DNA of 63,408 nucleotides, filler included, from Pirum gemmata (GCA_002812295.1; 27 parts of 27 records of this genome joined end to end with filler, not necessarily neighbours in it), one strand, 5' to 3'; positions 27,029 to 40,270 are shown, counted from the whole stretch's first letter. Notes: generated by a model from the sequence alone, not told the origin. Numbers and translations: made by a program.

Positions 27029-27929
27029 NNNNNNNNNNNNNNNNNNNNNNNNNNNNNNNNNNNNNNNNNNNNNNNNNNNNNNNNNNNNNNNNNNNNNNNN
27101 NNNNNNNNNNNNNNNNNNNNNNNNNNNNNNNNNNNNNNNNNNNNNNNNNNNNNNNNNNNNNNNNNNNNNNNNNNNNNNNNNNNNNNNNNNNNNNNNNNNN
27201 NNNNNNNNNNNNNNNNNNNNNNNNNNNNNNNNNNNNNNNNNNNNNNNNNNNNNNNNNNNNNNNNNNNNNNNNNNNNNNNNNNNNNNNNNNNNNNNNNNNN
27301 NNNNNNNNNNNNAAATGTCAACAACAACAAAAAAAAACGAAGGGAGGGATAGTGGCCCCGTGGTTAACACACTGATTAACCAACTCAAATGTCGCAGTTC
27401 GTCAGGGAGATGTAGGTAAAAATGGGTGAACTTCCTAAGACATAAATAATAGAAAAAACATGCCCAACAATCGAGCGTATAAGGAGCTCTAATCTCATGA
27501 ATCATAGAACCTAAGGCGTTAGGGAAAGTGAGGACCCACCCCAGGTTGGGTAGGAGGAAGGTAGGCCGGATAGTGTGAACTTCCTAGTGAGTAGTAAACG
27601 TGAAAAAAAAAAAAAAAAAAAAAGAATGAAAATTTACAGCTCTCGGGTGGCAGAGTGGTTGAGTGGACTAGTTGACTATCAATTAGTTTGAATGATTGGG
27701 GTTTGAATTTGTAGGTCGCAACAATATCATGTGAAGTTTTCGCTATGTTCACTCTAAAGGCATGAACGTAATATTAAAAGTCCACACCAAAAACATGCCA
27801 AAAAAGCCAACAAACTCCGGAGGGAAACCATGGTCTCAGAACATGGTGGAACTACCCAGCTGTGAACCTCTACCGAGACGCAAGTAAGGAGACTGAAAAT
27901 GAAACTCGAAAATTAAAAAAAAAAAAAAA

Positions 27930-28896
27930 AAATGAAAATTTACCATTAGTAAACACTGATATAAAAAAAGTTTTTGATTCAGTGAAATGGTCTTTTCTTT
28001 TCCACGTCTTGGAAAATATGAATTTTCTCAATAATATTAAAATATTAATCATAATCTATGAAAAAGGTTTTTCAATGATTAAAATAAATGGGTTTTTAAC
28101 CAAAGGTTTTAAAAAAACAAAGGTATTAATCAAGGTGATCCATTATCACGTGGGGTTTAAAAAAACAAAGGTATTAATCAAGGTGATCCATTATAACCTG
28201 TGTTATATGTAATTACCACTGAGGTATTACGTTTAAGAGTAAAATCTATAACCAGATTAAATTCGTCAATATATGCAGACGACTCAATCTATCTGTCTTC
28301 TTCAACCCACATGTCAAAAAATATACTAAAAATAATACTAATATTTGGTGAAAAAGTTTCAGGAAATTTAATTGATTTAGATAAACCATCAATAATACAT
28401 TATCATGAAAATCATAAAGATATGGAAAATGAAAAACATTCTCTAATTACCAATATTAACGTTAAATTTGAGACTTTTAAATATTCAGGTATTCATATTG
28501 GGGAACATGATCTGGCGACTGAAAAGAATGAAAAAGAATTAAAAGAAAAATCAAAGCGTCAATAAAAAATAAAAAAAATTAAAGCTACAAAGTCAATTAG
28601 TGATTTTGAACAAATAGAAGCAACAACTTTGCTAGTAGATGCAAAGGTAATTTTTTATTTATCCAATTCTTATATAACGGATGAATGTTTAGATGAGCTA
28701 CAAATAGAAATAGATAGTGTAATGGGATTAACAAAAATATTTAACAAAACTATGTTCAAAGAAATTAAAAAATTTGGAGGTTTAAATTTTATTAATTTAA
28801 AAAACAAAAGACTAGCTTTGAATTTAGTGAATTTTTCCCATCTAATCGAAAATGTAGAAAGATACACTAAATACAATAATAATAATAATAATAATA
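27930..28896 (+). pseudogene. Degenerate frameshifted L1/Tx1-like RT copy, related to but diverged from the copy at 25068-26201
   Basis: NTDIKKVFDSVKWSFL, YADD, KYSGIHIG and GGLNFINL spread over three frames; internal ~48-bp-period duplication at 28105-28194. Confidence 0.88.
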
Positions 28897-29039
28897 NNNN
28901 NNNNNNNNNNNNNNNNNNNNNNNNNNNNNNNNNNNNNNNNTTAATTAATTAANNNNNNNNNNNNNNNNNNNNNNNNNNNNNNNNNNNNNNNNNNNNTTCT
29001 GGAAGTTCGCCGGTCCGAGCATCCAATTGGTAAGATGAC

Positions 29040-30200
29040 GTCATCTCATCCCTCCTCTCAAAAGTCTCAAAATTAATTCCCTTTTGAGTCTTGAGTGGCT
29101 CAATATACTCTCAATATTTTCCTTTTTCGTTTCTAAGGCTCTTCTCGAATCTCTATATGTTCTCATTGCTCTTCATTGGCGAATCATCGCTTCCTTAACA
29201 TCAAATACAGTTATAGACTACGGTATTTTTTTAATCATTTTTTTAATTAATAGAGCCAATTACCCGAATGTCAAAGAAAAATGTCCAGTTCGAATGGTTG
29301 GAGCCTCAGAGGAGTACGTTCCGTAAGGTCTTAGACATTATAAAAGAAAACATGTTATTTAGTGGCATAGTTAAAATACTTATAACTTAATATATATAAA
29401 TTTACTATTATTATTTATTTACTATTATTATTTATTTACTATTATTATTTATTTACTATTATTATTTATTTATACTTCTCAATAATTGTTATATTACTTA
29501 CTTATAATTACTTAACTTAATTTACAGTTTATACTGACTTTAGAGTTATTATAATTTTACTGTTTGGATTATTTAACCAAAACTACAACCTTAATAATAA
29601 AATTATAATTTTACACATACTTATAATATTATACGAATTTACAATTTCATAAATTTTACAAGACTTTTTTTCTCCATTTCACACTTTCTCAACATATTTA
29701 CACTATTTACTTTCTACGCCTATAATTTATAATATAATACTAATCAATACTATTATATCAATATTATTATTATTAATATATAACATAATAATAATAAATA
29801 TTCTTATAATAACATTATCATTATATAATCACATGATTTCTTAATGTACACACTTCTCTCACTTGCTAGGGTTAGGGTTAGGGTTAGGGTTAGGGTTAGG
29901 GTTAGGGTTAGGGTTAGGGTTAGGGTTAGGGTTACAATTGCTTTTATGTTACCTTTTTTCCCCGTCACTGTCACCGTAGAAATTTCGATTTCAACATCAC
30001 CAAAAGAGCCTGTGTTAATTTAATTATATTGAAAATAACCGTATAATACCAAAATATATTTCGACTTATTTTACTAATTTTACTTCTTTGCTCTTATTAA
30101 TTTTGCTCTTATTAATTTTGCTCTTATTGTTAAAAAATCTTACCATATTTAATTTTTAGCTATACATTCCTTGAAATGAAAATCCGGGTTCTTTTGGCCT
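29040..30200 (-). pseudogene. Possible fragmented multi-exon gene or pseudogene interrupted by MITEs and a TTAGGG tract
   Basis: Short AG..GT-bounded open segments (SFGDVEIEISTVTVTGKK; PYGTYSSEAPTIRTGHFSLTF) and ITVFDVKEAMIRQ*RAMRTYRDSRRALE with an in-frame TGA; no family recognised. Confidence 0.25.
29867..29933 (+). repeat. Interstitial (TTAGGG)n
   Basis: About 11 perfect units within unique sequence. Confidence 0.95.
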
Positions 30201-30227
30201 ATTATTACTAAGTATCATTAGTAGGGC

Positions 30228-30421
30228 ACTGTAGGGGTGAGATATCTACTGGAACATTTTTCGAACAGATGCTTATCGAGCCAACCTTAGTTCCGTGTTT
30301 CTTACTAATAATAGATACCAATTAAAGTAATAATATTAACATTAATAGTAATAAAACCATAAAATCGGAAAAGTTCCAGCTGCTCGGTAATAATAAAATG
30401 ACGTCATCTCACCCCTACAGT
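30228..30421 (+). mobile_element. MITE family C, 194 bp. An ~85-bp deletion derivative lies at 47627-47710; related ends at 4158-4214 and 28997-29054
   Basis: Perfect 16-bp TIR ACTGTAGGGGTGAGAT...ATCTCACCCCTACAGT; shared TTCGAACAGATGCTTATCGAGCC and ATGACGTCAT. Confidence 0.8.
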
Positions 30422-31419
30422 ATCATTTATCATTTACAATTACAACCTATAAAAAATATCCATTCCTAATAAAAATAAAAACATTGTTTGTGCATTTTAT
30501 ATGGCCGAATGACGTTTGTAAAAATTGCAATGCAAATACAAGAATTAAATGAACAATATAAGAATAATTATTAATTTTCATTATTTTTATTTGTAACACC
30601 CATTATCAATATTATATTGCCATATTTATTGTTTTCTTATGAGAAGGGAGAAGAAGTAATAAAAAATAATGTTGATAATTTTTATTTAATGTAAAGAAGA
30701 GATATGACCCTAATGATATTCTGTAATTGTAATTTTTAGTTCTTTAGTTCTTAATTCTTAGTTCTTTAATTATTAATTATTAATTTTTAATTCTTAATTC
30801 TTAATTTTTAATTCTTAATTAAAATTGTTAATTCTTAATTGTTAATTAATTCTTAAAATTTTAATTCTTAATAATTCTTAATTCTTAATTCTTAATTAAT
30901 TCTTAATTTGCTTGTTTGCTTGTTTAGTTGTTATCTTGTTATTAATAATTATCTTGTTTTCTTGTTTTCTTGTTCTCTTGTTCTCTTGTTCTCTTGTTCT
31001 CTTGTTCTCTTGTTCTCTTGTTCTCTTGTTCTCTTGTTCTCTTGTTCTCTTGTTCTNNNNNNNNNNNNNNNNNNNNNNNNNNNNNNNNNNNNNNNNNNNN
31101 TTAATTAATTAANNNNNNNNNNNNNNNNNNNNNNNNNNNNNNNNNNNNNNNNNNNNTACCAAATTAATATTTTGAATGTTAATTTGGTAGGTTATAATAT
31201 CCTCTTATATTTTTAACCTTGTAAAATGGGTCATTAATAGTTGAAGTCTATCTATCCACTTTTGTTAATATGTCATCCTAAATCAATAATATGTAATCCA
31301 AAATTGAAATAACCTATCCAAAATCGAAAAAATCGAATCCTAAATAGAAAATATCTATCCACCCACTTTTTTTTCCAACATAAAACAACAATAATTATAA
31401 TTATAACAACTTATTATTA

Positions 31420-31692
31420 TAACAACAGACAACAAACAGACAACAATATGTGTAGGAGGACTGTACATGTGTTATAACAACTTATTATTAGAACAACAGA
31501 CCACAAACAGACAACAATATGTGTAGGGGGACAACAAACAGACAACAGTATGTTATTATTATAACAACAGACCACAAACAGACAACAATATGTGTAGGGG
31601 GACTGTACATGTGGGTAGAATTTATATAATATGGGACGGTAGACTGTACATGTGGGTAGAATTTATATAATATAGGATGGTCAACTGGGTAG
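31420..31692 (+). repeat. Irregular tandem repeats (ACAACAGAC.ACAAACAGACAACAATATGTGTAGGGGGAC; GACTGTACATGTGGGTAGAATTTATATAAT)
   Basis: Read directly from the sequence. Confidence 0.8.
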
Positions 31693-31799
31693 AACTCTAA
31701 CTACTAATGTGTAAGAAAATAAAACTTTTTAACCTTTAAAGGCGTAAATGTATATCCATATGTTTTTTTTTTTCGACTAGTCATAACTACCCGGTAGCT

Positions 31800-32335
31800 A
31801 CGACTACTATCATACTAGCTAGTAGAGAATAAAGCCAATACGTCACGTGATCTGATAAATCTAAAGCCAAAAAAAAATAAAACCAATACGTCACGTGCAT
31901 GTTCTTGTTAGCGAAGGGTCAAGTGAGTAAAGCCAATACGTCACGTGATCTGCGTTTCTGTTAGCGAGGGTCAGGTGACATGAAACCAGAAACAGAAAAA
32001 GATATAAGGAAACATTTCAAATAAAGTAAAGGTATTACCATTAAAGTATTTATTGATTAAGATAATTCTGTGAACGTTTAGTCTATGTCTACTACTAGCT
32101 AGAACTATGATACTATCATATCTAGTTAGTAGAGAATAAAGCCAATAAATCACGTGACCTGATACATACACGTGATTAGATAATGTGTGTGTCTGTTAGC
32201 GAGGGGTCAGGTGACAGAAAACCAGAAACAGAAAAAGATATAGGGAAATATAACTATGAATATTTTCAAATAAGGTAAAGGTATTACCATTAAAGTATTT
32301 ATTTATTAAGATAATTTCTGTGAACGCTTAGTACT
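31800..32335 (+). repeat. Tandem duplication with four CCAATACGTCACGTG-type motifs
   Basis: Motif at ~31835, 31883, 31933, 32142; GTTAGCGAGGG(G)TCAGGTGACA..AAACCAGAAACAGAAAAAGATATA occurs twice. Confidence 0.8.
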
Positions 32336-33412
32336 ATGTGGACGGTAATTATGGCTATAATATATACTATTGTCTATTTCATTATTACAGTTGTCCTCTC
32401 AATCTTTAATTTGGTACTGTTTAAGTGTATAATTGAACTTGTTTATAAAATACAACCTAAACCCTAACCCTAACCCTAACCCTAACCCTAACCCTAACCC
32501 TAACCCATTATTAAGTATAAAATACCAAATTAATTAAAACACGTCTGATAGTTAAACCATAATAATAATTTGTTATAATACGTTCATTTCAGTTTTCGAA
32601 ATGGACAACACTGTTGAAAAACAGGATATTTTATAATAATAATTATTATGATCAATTTGTTATTATAATATTAATATTTTTTGCTTATTATTATATTAAT
32701 ATTATTAGTGATTTTAATTTTAATAACCCCACTAACGTTACTAACAAGAACTTACAGAATTTTATTTCGCATTGTGATAGTATTATAATTAACCACACTG
32801 TATTAAATATTAATTGTTAGTTTTGGGTTTTGAATTATAAACTTTTTATTACTATATTTAATATTATACCATTAATAAATTGAAAAAACTTATAATGCTT
32901 TCATGTGCAATTGTGGTGTTGCTTCTTTTATCAGTACAGCAGTTCGTGAAAGTAATGTATTACTAAAAACACAATCAGCTAGTTGGTGTTATTTATAAAT
33001 TAATTTAGGATGATTGAATTTTTGTGTTCGTGTTGTTATTATGTAAAGCAGTTATATTCTTAGTTATACATTTTAATTAATGTTGTAATATAAAGAATGG
33101 TTTATAGTAAAATAATAATAATAACATGAAGTCAACTATTAAAAGGCAGGTAATTTTCTCAAAGTTTACCCTAGATTTTAAATTAATTTTATTCTTTCAC
33201 ACTATAATTACGCAATAATTACGAAATTATAATAATAATAAATATTAATAATAATAATATTTATAATAANNNNNNNNNNNNNNNNNNNNNNNNNNNNNNN
33301 NNNNNNNNNNNNNTTAATTAATTAANNNNNNNNNNNNNNNNNNNNNNNNNNNNNNNNNNNNNNNNNNNNTTATTATTATTATTATTATTATTATCACCAT
33401 CACCATCATCAC

Positions 33413-33446
<34 letters not shown>

Positions 33447-33535
33447 TTTATCATTATCCAATCTCTCCTGGTAAGGGTTCACATTCAGAAGAAAATATTT
33501 AGACAAATGTGTCATAGAGTTAATCATCATTTTCA

Positions 33536-34248
33536 TTACACAATCTCACCTGGTAAGGGTTCACAAGCTATAGGATTCTGATGAAAATATGGTTGATTAG
33601 ATGAATGCGCCATAGGGTTATCCACAAAATCTTCTATTTCGTTAACTAAATCCTCATATAACTTATAGTCTTCAATTTTTTCAACTTTTCTTTGATTTAG
33701 TTTACTAATACCAAAAATCCCTAATACGATAATAATAACAGCTGCAACACCACCAATAACACCACCAACAATTACCCAAGTGTTATTACCATTAGAGCTA
33801 CTATTAATAGCACTACTATTCCCATCACTTTCTCCCTCTTCCTGTTTATCATCTTGTTCTTCTGTTTCTTGCTCCTCTTGTTCATTTTCTTGTTTATCAT
33901 CATCATCATTGTCATCATCATCGTTACCATCATTACTATCATTATCATCGTTACCATCATTACTATTATTATCATCGTTATCATCATCATCATCATCATC
34001 ACCAATGTTATTACTATCATCATCGTTGTCATCATCATTATTATTATCATCGTCGTCACCATCTTCATCACCATTACCACCATCACCATTACCACCATCA
34101 TTACCACCATCACCATTACCACCATCATTACCATCATCATCATCATCATCATCACCACCAATAATGTTACTATCATCGTCATCATCATCATTATTATTAT
34201 TACCATCACCATCACCATCACCATCGTCACCGTCATCATTTCCATCAC

Positions 34249-34298
<50 letters not shown>

Positions 34299-35329
34299 CC
34301 AATGTTGTTACTATCATCATCATCATCGTCGTCATCATTATTACCATCACCATCACCGTCATCATCGTCATCGTCATCATTACCATCACCATCACCATCA
34401 CCATCACCATCACCATCATTATTACCACCACCACCATTTCCATCACTGTTATCATCATCACCATCACCGATGTTATTACTATCATCATCGTCGTCGTTAT
34501 CATCCTCATTATTACCACCACCACCACCACCATCCCCATCTCCATCACCACCATCATCATTATCACCATCATCATAATTATCATTTTCTCCATCATCATC
34601 ATCATTGCCATCATAATCATCATCGTTATCATCAAAAACATTATCATAATTATCATCATTATCATCATCATAACCATAATCATTATCATAACCATTATCA
34701 TAATCATTATAACCATTCTCGTCATAATCTTCCTTTTTAATTTTCTTAGCCGTTTTTGCTCTATACCACCCAGTTCCACCATTATCTATCGGTTTACCCC
34801 CCACTTCCTCTCCTGCTTCACCCCAATTTTCTAACCTTTCTTTTTTCATATATACATCATTACTTTCCTCATATTTTGTACCTCGAAATTTTTGACGTTT
34901 GTCATTTTGCTTTATACTCTCATCGCCTAACTCTTTTCGTTCATTATCATCAATCCACCCATCATGCCCGTAATTATACTCGACTATCCCTAACCTTTTC
35001 CCTTTCCTATCATTTAAATTCCTTAACCCTTCCCTGTTTGCGTCACCTAACCTCCTTTTACCTTTTCTCTCGTACCCCCCCCGGACTATTTCTGCTTTTT
35101 CGCCTTCATTATGTTCATTCCATTTATCATTCTTATTATTATTCAAATATCCTTTTTTCTCGTATTCAACTGTTTCTAACCTTTCTCCTTCTTTCTGGAC
35201 ATCATAAGCAAAGTCATTTTTTTCTGGTTTAAAATAGTGTCTTGTTTTTTTATGTTGTAATTTTATTTTATGTGAGGTAGTATAACATCCGCATTGTAAT
35301 CGATTATCATCGTTGTAGTAAGGATTCAT
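33536..35329 (-). CDS. Asp/Gly/Asn-rich single-pass membrane protein, probably missing upstream exons
   Basis: 597-aa ORF with a complex N-terminal part, a long acidic low-complexity stalk, a TM helix WVIVGGVIGGVAAVIIIVLGIFGI followed by basic residues, and a short tail. Confidence 0.8.
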
Positions 35330-35621
35330 GGACCAGTCTAATAATAATGGGAAAAGAATTATTATTATTACTATTATTATTATTTTATTATTATTTATTA
35401 TTATTATTTATTATTATCATTTATTATTATTATTTATTATTATTATTTATTATTATTATTATTTATNNNNNNNNNNNNNNNNNNNNNNNNNNNNNNNNNN
35501 NNNNNNNNNNTTAATTAATTAANNNNNNNNNNNNNNNNNNNNNNNNNNNNNNNNNNNNNNNNNNNNCATGATAAATTTCAAGATAAAATCTTTTTTGTTC
35601 ATTATTATAAAATACATCTCT

Positions 35622-36370
35622 TTACGCAATTTTATCTTGAAATTTATCATGTATAACCAATCCTTTTAACCCTATATCGGGGGAAAAATATTCCCAAACC
35701 AAAACTTTTTCTATCTTTGTCGCTTTTGACCAAGTCCTTGATCTTCTGAAACTACCCCAAGAATCTTTCCTTCGTTTCTCAAGATTTTTGATATTGTCAA
35801 CACTACTAGATGTGGATTGGTTGTCACTATTTGACAATTCGCTTTCACTATCTGTGCTACTATTTGAGTGTGAGGTAACATGTCTGAAATTCACTGGACC
35901 GGATATCAAATCACTCCCGCCCATATTGCTATTGATAGGTTTCAGATCAATCATACTACCCATATCTCTATTAAAAGTTGCAGGAGGTGGTTTTTCGATT
36001 TCGGTGATTTCAGTAGTTCTTGAAGATTCTCTTGAGGGAAAAGACCGTTCTTGAGGAAGAGGTATTTCGCCCATGTCTTCTATCTTTAATTCTGAATTTA
36101 ATTCTGGATCAATTTCACTACCGCTGTCCGTACTTTTTATTGACAGAGTAGCAACAGAGACGTTTTTACTTACTTCTACGTTAAAAGAAGATGATTCTTC
36201 CGATTGCTGTAAGTTTACTATCTCCGAATGCTTTGATTCAGAAATGGACTCATTTTTCCCAATTTTTTCTTCACTTAGGGTTTGGTCCGATTCATTGTTA
36301 CTAATATTATTAGTGCTGCCGTTATTATTAGTGCTGCCGCTATTATTATTATTATTACTATTATTATTAC

Positions 36371-36428
<58 letters not shown>

Positions 36429-36491
36429 TTTATCGTTATTATTATTATTATTATTATTATTATTGTTGTTGTTGTTGTTGCTGTTGTTATG

Positions 36492-36529
<38 letters not shown>

Positions 36530-37513
36530 CATAGCCACTAGTTGATGTAGCAACACTAGTAGTTGTGGAATTCGTATTTAAACTATAGTTTGCATTTCCA
36601 CCTAAACTGAGTCTGTTATCTTTCTTGTCTTGTTTCTTAAAATCATAAACATCCGATTCACTTTTTTTTCGTTGGGGGGCAACTGGTGCAGCCCTCGTTG
36701 GTTTCAATACAAAATCATCATCATCCAAAAATCCTTCCAATATATTTGTTAGATCTTCTGTTACATCTGATTGTATACAAGAAAATAATTCGTCGTCCCA
36801 GATTTTGGATCTTGTGAATGACGTGTTTCTGCCTTTTTTTATTCCCCTCGGACTCACAGGGCAATCAACGTCGTGGGAATCATAACGATCAATTTTGCTA
36901 TTGTTGCTATCTTTATTAATTTCAGTCTCTTGGTTCGTTATTTTAGAATTGTTATTGTTTTCTTCTTCCTCGATATAAATGGATCCCACTCTACTACTCA
37001 ATTTCAAAACCTCCGCCGTGCAGTATTGGTCTAAGTTCGTTTAGTCAAAAAAAAAAAAGTAAAAATTAAAAATTTTGAATTTAGTATATTATACGTTGAT
37101 GAACAATTGACAATAACAATAATAAAAGAATAAAAGAATATATGATATCTAATTGTGGGGGTTAGGGGTAATAATTAATATGTTTATTAGTTACCTTCGA
37201 GATCGGATATCTCCTCATCGTCTTCCTTGATTTCAGTTGCAGGTTTAAAGTTCTCGACTGACAAACTCATCACTGCGGAAGGAAAGAACTCAGAAGAGTT
37301 GGAAGCGATATTATCAGAACCCCACACAGTGTTAGGATCTTCATATTCGTCTGCTGTATCTAGCAAACTTCCAGGCACAAAATTTGGAGTATCATATTCG
37401 TTATTTTGAATATTATTTGTAGTGGTATGAGCCTGTGAGTTAGCGTTGTGTTGTGAATTTGTAATGGTTGTTTGGGGTCCCTCATAGTAAATGTCTTCCC
37501 GAGTTTCTGGTAA
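35622..37513 (-). CDS. Partial multi-exon low-complexity signalling protein with a CRIB-like motif; exons 37513-37195 and 37030-~35626
   Basis: Phase-compatible GT-AG intron; LISGPVNFRHVTSH fits the ISxPxxFxHxxH pattern loosely; poly-N tract. Confidence 0.7.
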
Positions 37514-37893
37514 CTAAAAAAGCATTATGACGTGGAAAATAATGTTAGAATAATATTTTGAAGGATAAAAAAAGAGGAATACAATAAGCTGATGAATGAA
37601 GTAAATATTTAACACACACACACACACACAACCACAACANNNNNNNNNNNNNNNNNNNNNNNNNNNNNNNNNNNNNNNNNNNNTTAATTAATTAANNNNN
37701 NNNNNNNNNNNNNNNNNNNNNNNNNNNNNNNNNNNNNNNAATATAATTGTATTATATTTTTGCAGATAACAATAAATAAATAATAATAATAAATAAAAGA
37801 AAATTATAAATTGTATTTATATTTTTTTTACAAAGTAACATATACAAAAAGAAAACGGAAATAAACAAATAATAATAAAAAACACAAATAAAC

Positions 37894-39579
37894 ATGAAAT
37901 TTACTAGCGGAGTTATCATTTTATTCACTGCTTCGGCACATATACAGCAGGCAGATGCATTTAGTTGGGGTGGATTGTCTAGTTTATTCGGGGAAGTCGG
38001 AAACACTTTTGTGGAAGGCGCACAAGATTTACATAGCGCTTTATCCGAAGTAGCCTCTGAATGTAAAATAACCGATATTGCAGGATGTATTAAAAATGGC
38101 ATAAACGCTGGCTCGGATGTTGTTATTGGTACAAAAGAAGAATTAGATGATTTAGCTGATAAAGGCTTTGATGAGCTAGTGGCACCACTATTAAACCCAG
38201 AAGATGCAGCTGCGGCCGCAGCTGCGATTGATAATTTTCAAAATGCCGGGACTGAAATTCTGGAACAAGGACAAACTAATGCTTTGGAAGGAGTTGACTT
38301 AGGAATTGACATTACTAAAGAAGCTCTTACCGATTTGGCATCCGGTAGCTTTGACCTTGACTCTACCCTCAATAAAATCGGAGATGCTGTTGAAGATCAA
38401 GTGAAAGAAGATTTAGCGGAATTGACTGAGGACGGACGAGTATTTGTTGATGCTACTATTGATTTAGGACAAACATTAGGTGGCAGTGTTGTCGGAAATA
38501 TTGACCATTTGTTACAACAATTGGTTTTGGATGGTAGCAAAGCTCTTGCTGATGAATTCGATTTAACTCCACAATTAGAGTCGTTAATTGGAACCGTTGG
38601 TAGCGGTTTAGTTGGCGCTGTGGGTACCATTACTGATGAAGCTGCAAAAGCTATTCAAGGAGGAGAATTTGACGAAGCTGCATTAGCTTTAGCCCGAGAT
38701 CAATTATTCAAAACTCTAAAAGATTTAGGAGGTGATTTAACTACAAATTTACATGAAATTGCCTTGGCCACAATAACCAACCTTGGTGACAAAATCGACA
38801 ATACTATTTCTCCTGCATTAGTACAACCAGTTATTGATAATTTGAAGGCTACTACGACACAGTCTATCTCTGCGTTAGAATCATTAATGTTGGGGGAAAA
38901 CTTGTCTACTGCTGAACTTGAAAAAATTAAAAAGAGCATTGAAGAAACAGTAAAATCCTTTGGACAATCTGCTTTACAACATTTTCAACAAAAAACCGCA
39001 AAGGTCACCGCTAATTCTAAAATACCACTTGATGCAAAGGAACAAAAAGACATTGCGAAATTATCAAAAGCTTTAGAGTCTAACGTTGTACAACATAAAA
39101 CTTTACAAGCAAATGTTGTAGCTAAGCACGCAGAGATTGAAAACTTGCGTTCAACCTCTTCTATTAAACAGCTAGAAGCTAACATAAAAGACATGTGGGC
39201 AAAAGAAGAATCAAAATACAATTTTATTTCCGAAAGTGAACGAAAAGAATCCCATGATGAATTTGCCGCTTTAACTGCAAAAAAATACGCGGAAAAACTT
39301 AACAAGGAGGTACACCAATTAAACGAAATGTCAGCTCAAATTGAAGTTAGCACAGCTGAACAAAAATTATTAATGGACGAAGCTAAAAGAATGAAAGCTG
39401 CTCATAATTCTATTAGTATTCCTACTGTTACTCCTACGAAATCCCCTTCAAATTCTGTACAAGCTGCCCCTTCAAATTCTGTACAAGCTGATGTTGTTCC
39501 AACGGATAAAGAGGCTGCTTTGCAGTACTATTTGAACAAAATCAAACTAGCCAAAGCCAAGATAAACGAATTATTGTAA
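37894..39579 (+). CDS. Secreted 561-aa helical/coiled-coil protein of unknown function, intronless
   Basis: Complete ORF; signal peptide MKFTSGVIILFTASAHIQQADA; amphipathic A/L/D/G-rich N-terminal half and coiled-coil-like C-terminal half. Confidence 0.88.
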   Translation: MKFTSGVIILFTASAHIQQADAFSWGGLSSLFGEVGNTFVEGAQDLHSALSEVASECKITDIAGCIKNGINAGSDVVIGTKEELDDLADKGFDELVAPLLNPEDAAAAAAAIDNFQNAGTEILEQGQTNALEGVDLGIDITKEALTDLASGSFDLDSTLNKIGDAVEDQVKEDLAELTEDGRVFVDATIDLGQTLGGSVVGNIDHLLQQLVLDGSKALADEFDLTPQLESLIGTVGSGLVGAVGTITDEAAKAIQGGEFDEAALALARDQLFKTLKDLGGDLTTNLHEIALATITNLGDKIDNTISPALVQPVIDNLKATTTQSISALESLMLGENLSTAELEKIKKSIEETVKSFGQSALQHFQQKTAKVTANSKIPLDAKEQKDIAKLSKALESNVVQHKTLQANVVAKHAEIENLRSTSSIKQLEANIKDMWAKEESKYNFISESERKESHDEFAALTAKKYAEKLNKEVHQLNEMSAQIEVSTAEQKLLMDEAKRMKAAHNSISIPTVTPTKSPSNSVQAAPSNSVQADVVPTDKEAALQYYLNKIKLAKAKINELL

Positions 39580-39952
39580 TTCGTATGATTTATTTCTTTT
39601 AAAACTATATTGATTTATATATATAGATATGTAATATAAATTATACGATTATAAAATAAAAAAATGTACAGTAACTGTTATTGAAATTCGTTTTTTAAAA
39701 TAATAATAATAATAATATATTATTAATAATAATAATAATTAATAACAATTAATAAATAATAATAATAATTATAACAAAATCAAACTAGCAAAAGCCAAGA
39801 TATTAATAATAATAATAATATTAATAATAATAATAATAATATTAATAATATTNNNNNNNNNNNNNNNNNNNNNNNNNNNNNNNNNNNNNNNNNNNNTTAA
39901 TTAATTAANNNNNNNNNNNNNNNNNNNNNNNNNNNNNNNNNNNNNNNNNNNN

Positions 39953-40270
39953 CCTAACCCTAACCCTAACCCTAACACTAACACTAATCCTAACCCTAAT
40001 CCTAATCCTAACCCTAATCCTAACCCCCTAACCCTAATCCTAACCCTAATCTTAACCCTAACTCTAGCCCTAGCCCTATCCCTAACTTTAACCCTAACCC
40101 TAACCCTAACCTTAACCTTAATCCTTACCCTGACCCTAACCCTTAACCCTTAACCCTTAACCCTTAACCCTTAACCCTAACCATTAACCCTAACCCCTAA
40201 CCCCTACCCCTAACCCCTAATCCCTATCCCTAACCCTAACCCTAACCCTAACCCTAACCCTAACCCTAAT
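39953..40270 (+). repeat. Degenerate (CCCTAA)n array with CCCTTAA and CCCCTAA variants; second array at 41890-42003
   Basis: Read directly from the sequence. Confidence 0.93.

Noticed and set aside
26339..27505. Single 388-aa ORF
   Set aside because: Spans a 284-N gap; only the part below 27028 is supported as retroelement ORF2
29177..29179. In-frame TGA near here as selenocysteine or an alternative genetic code
   Set aside because: A single case in a transposon-disrupted region; other genes use TGG for Trp and no SECIS was identified
33772..34834. Overlapping alternative-frame ORFs (poly-M, poly-S, poly-I)
   Set aside because: Shadows of the Asp-rich ORF; only that frame has complex flanking sequence and a TM helix
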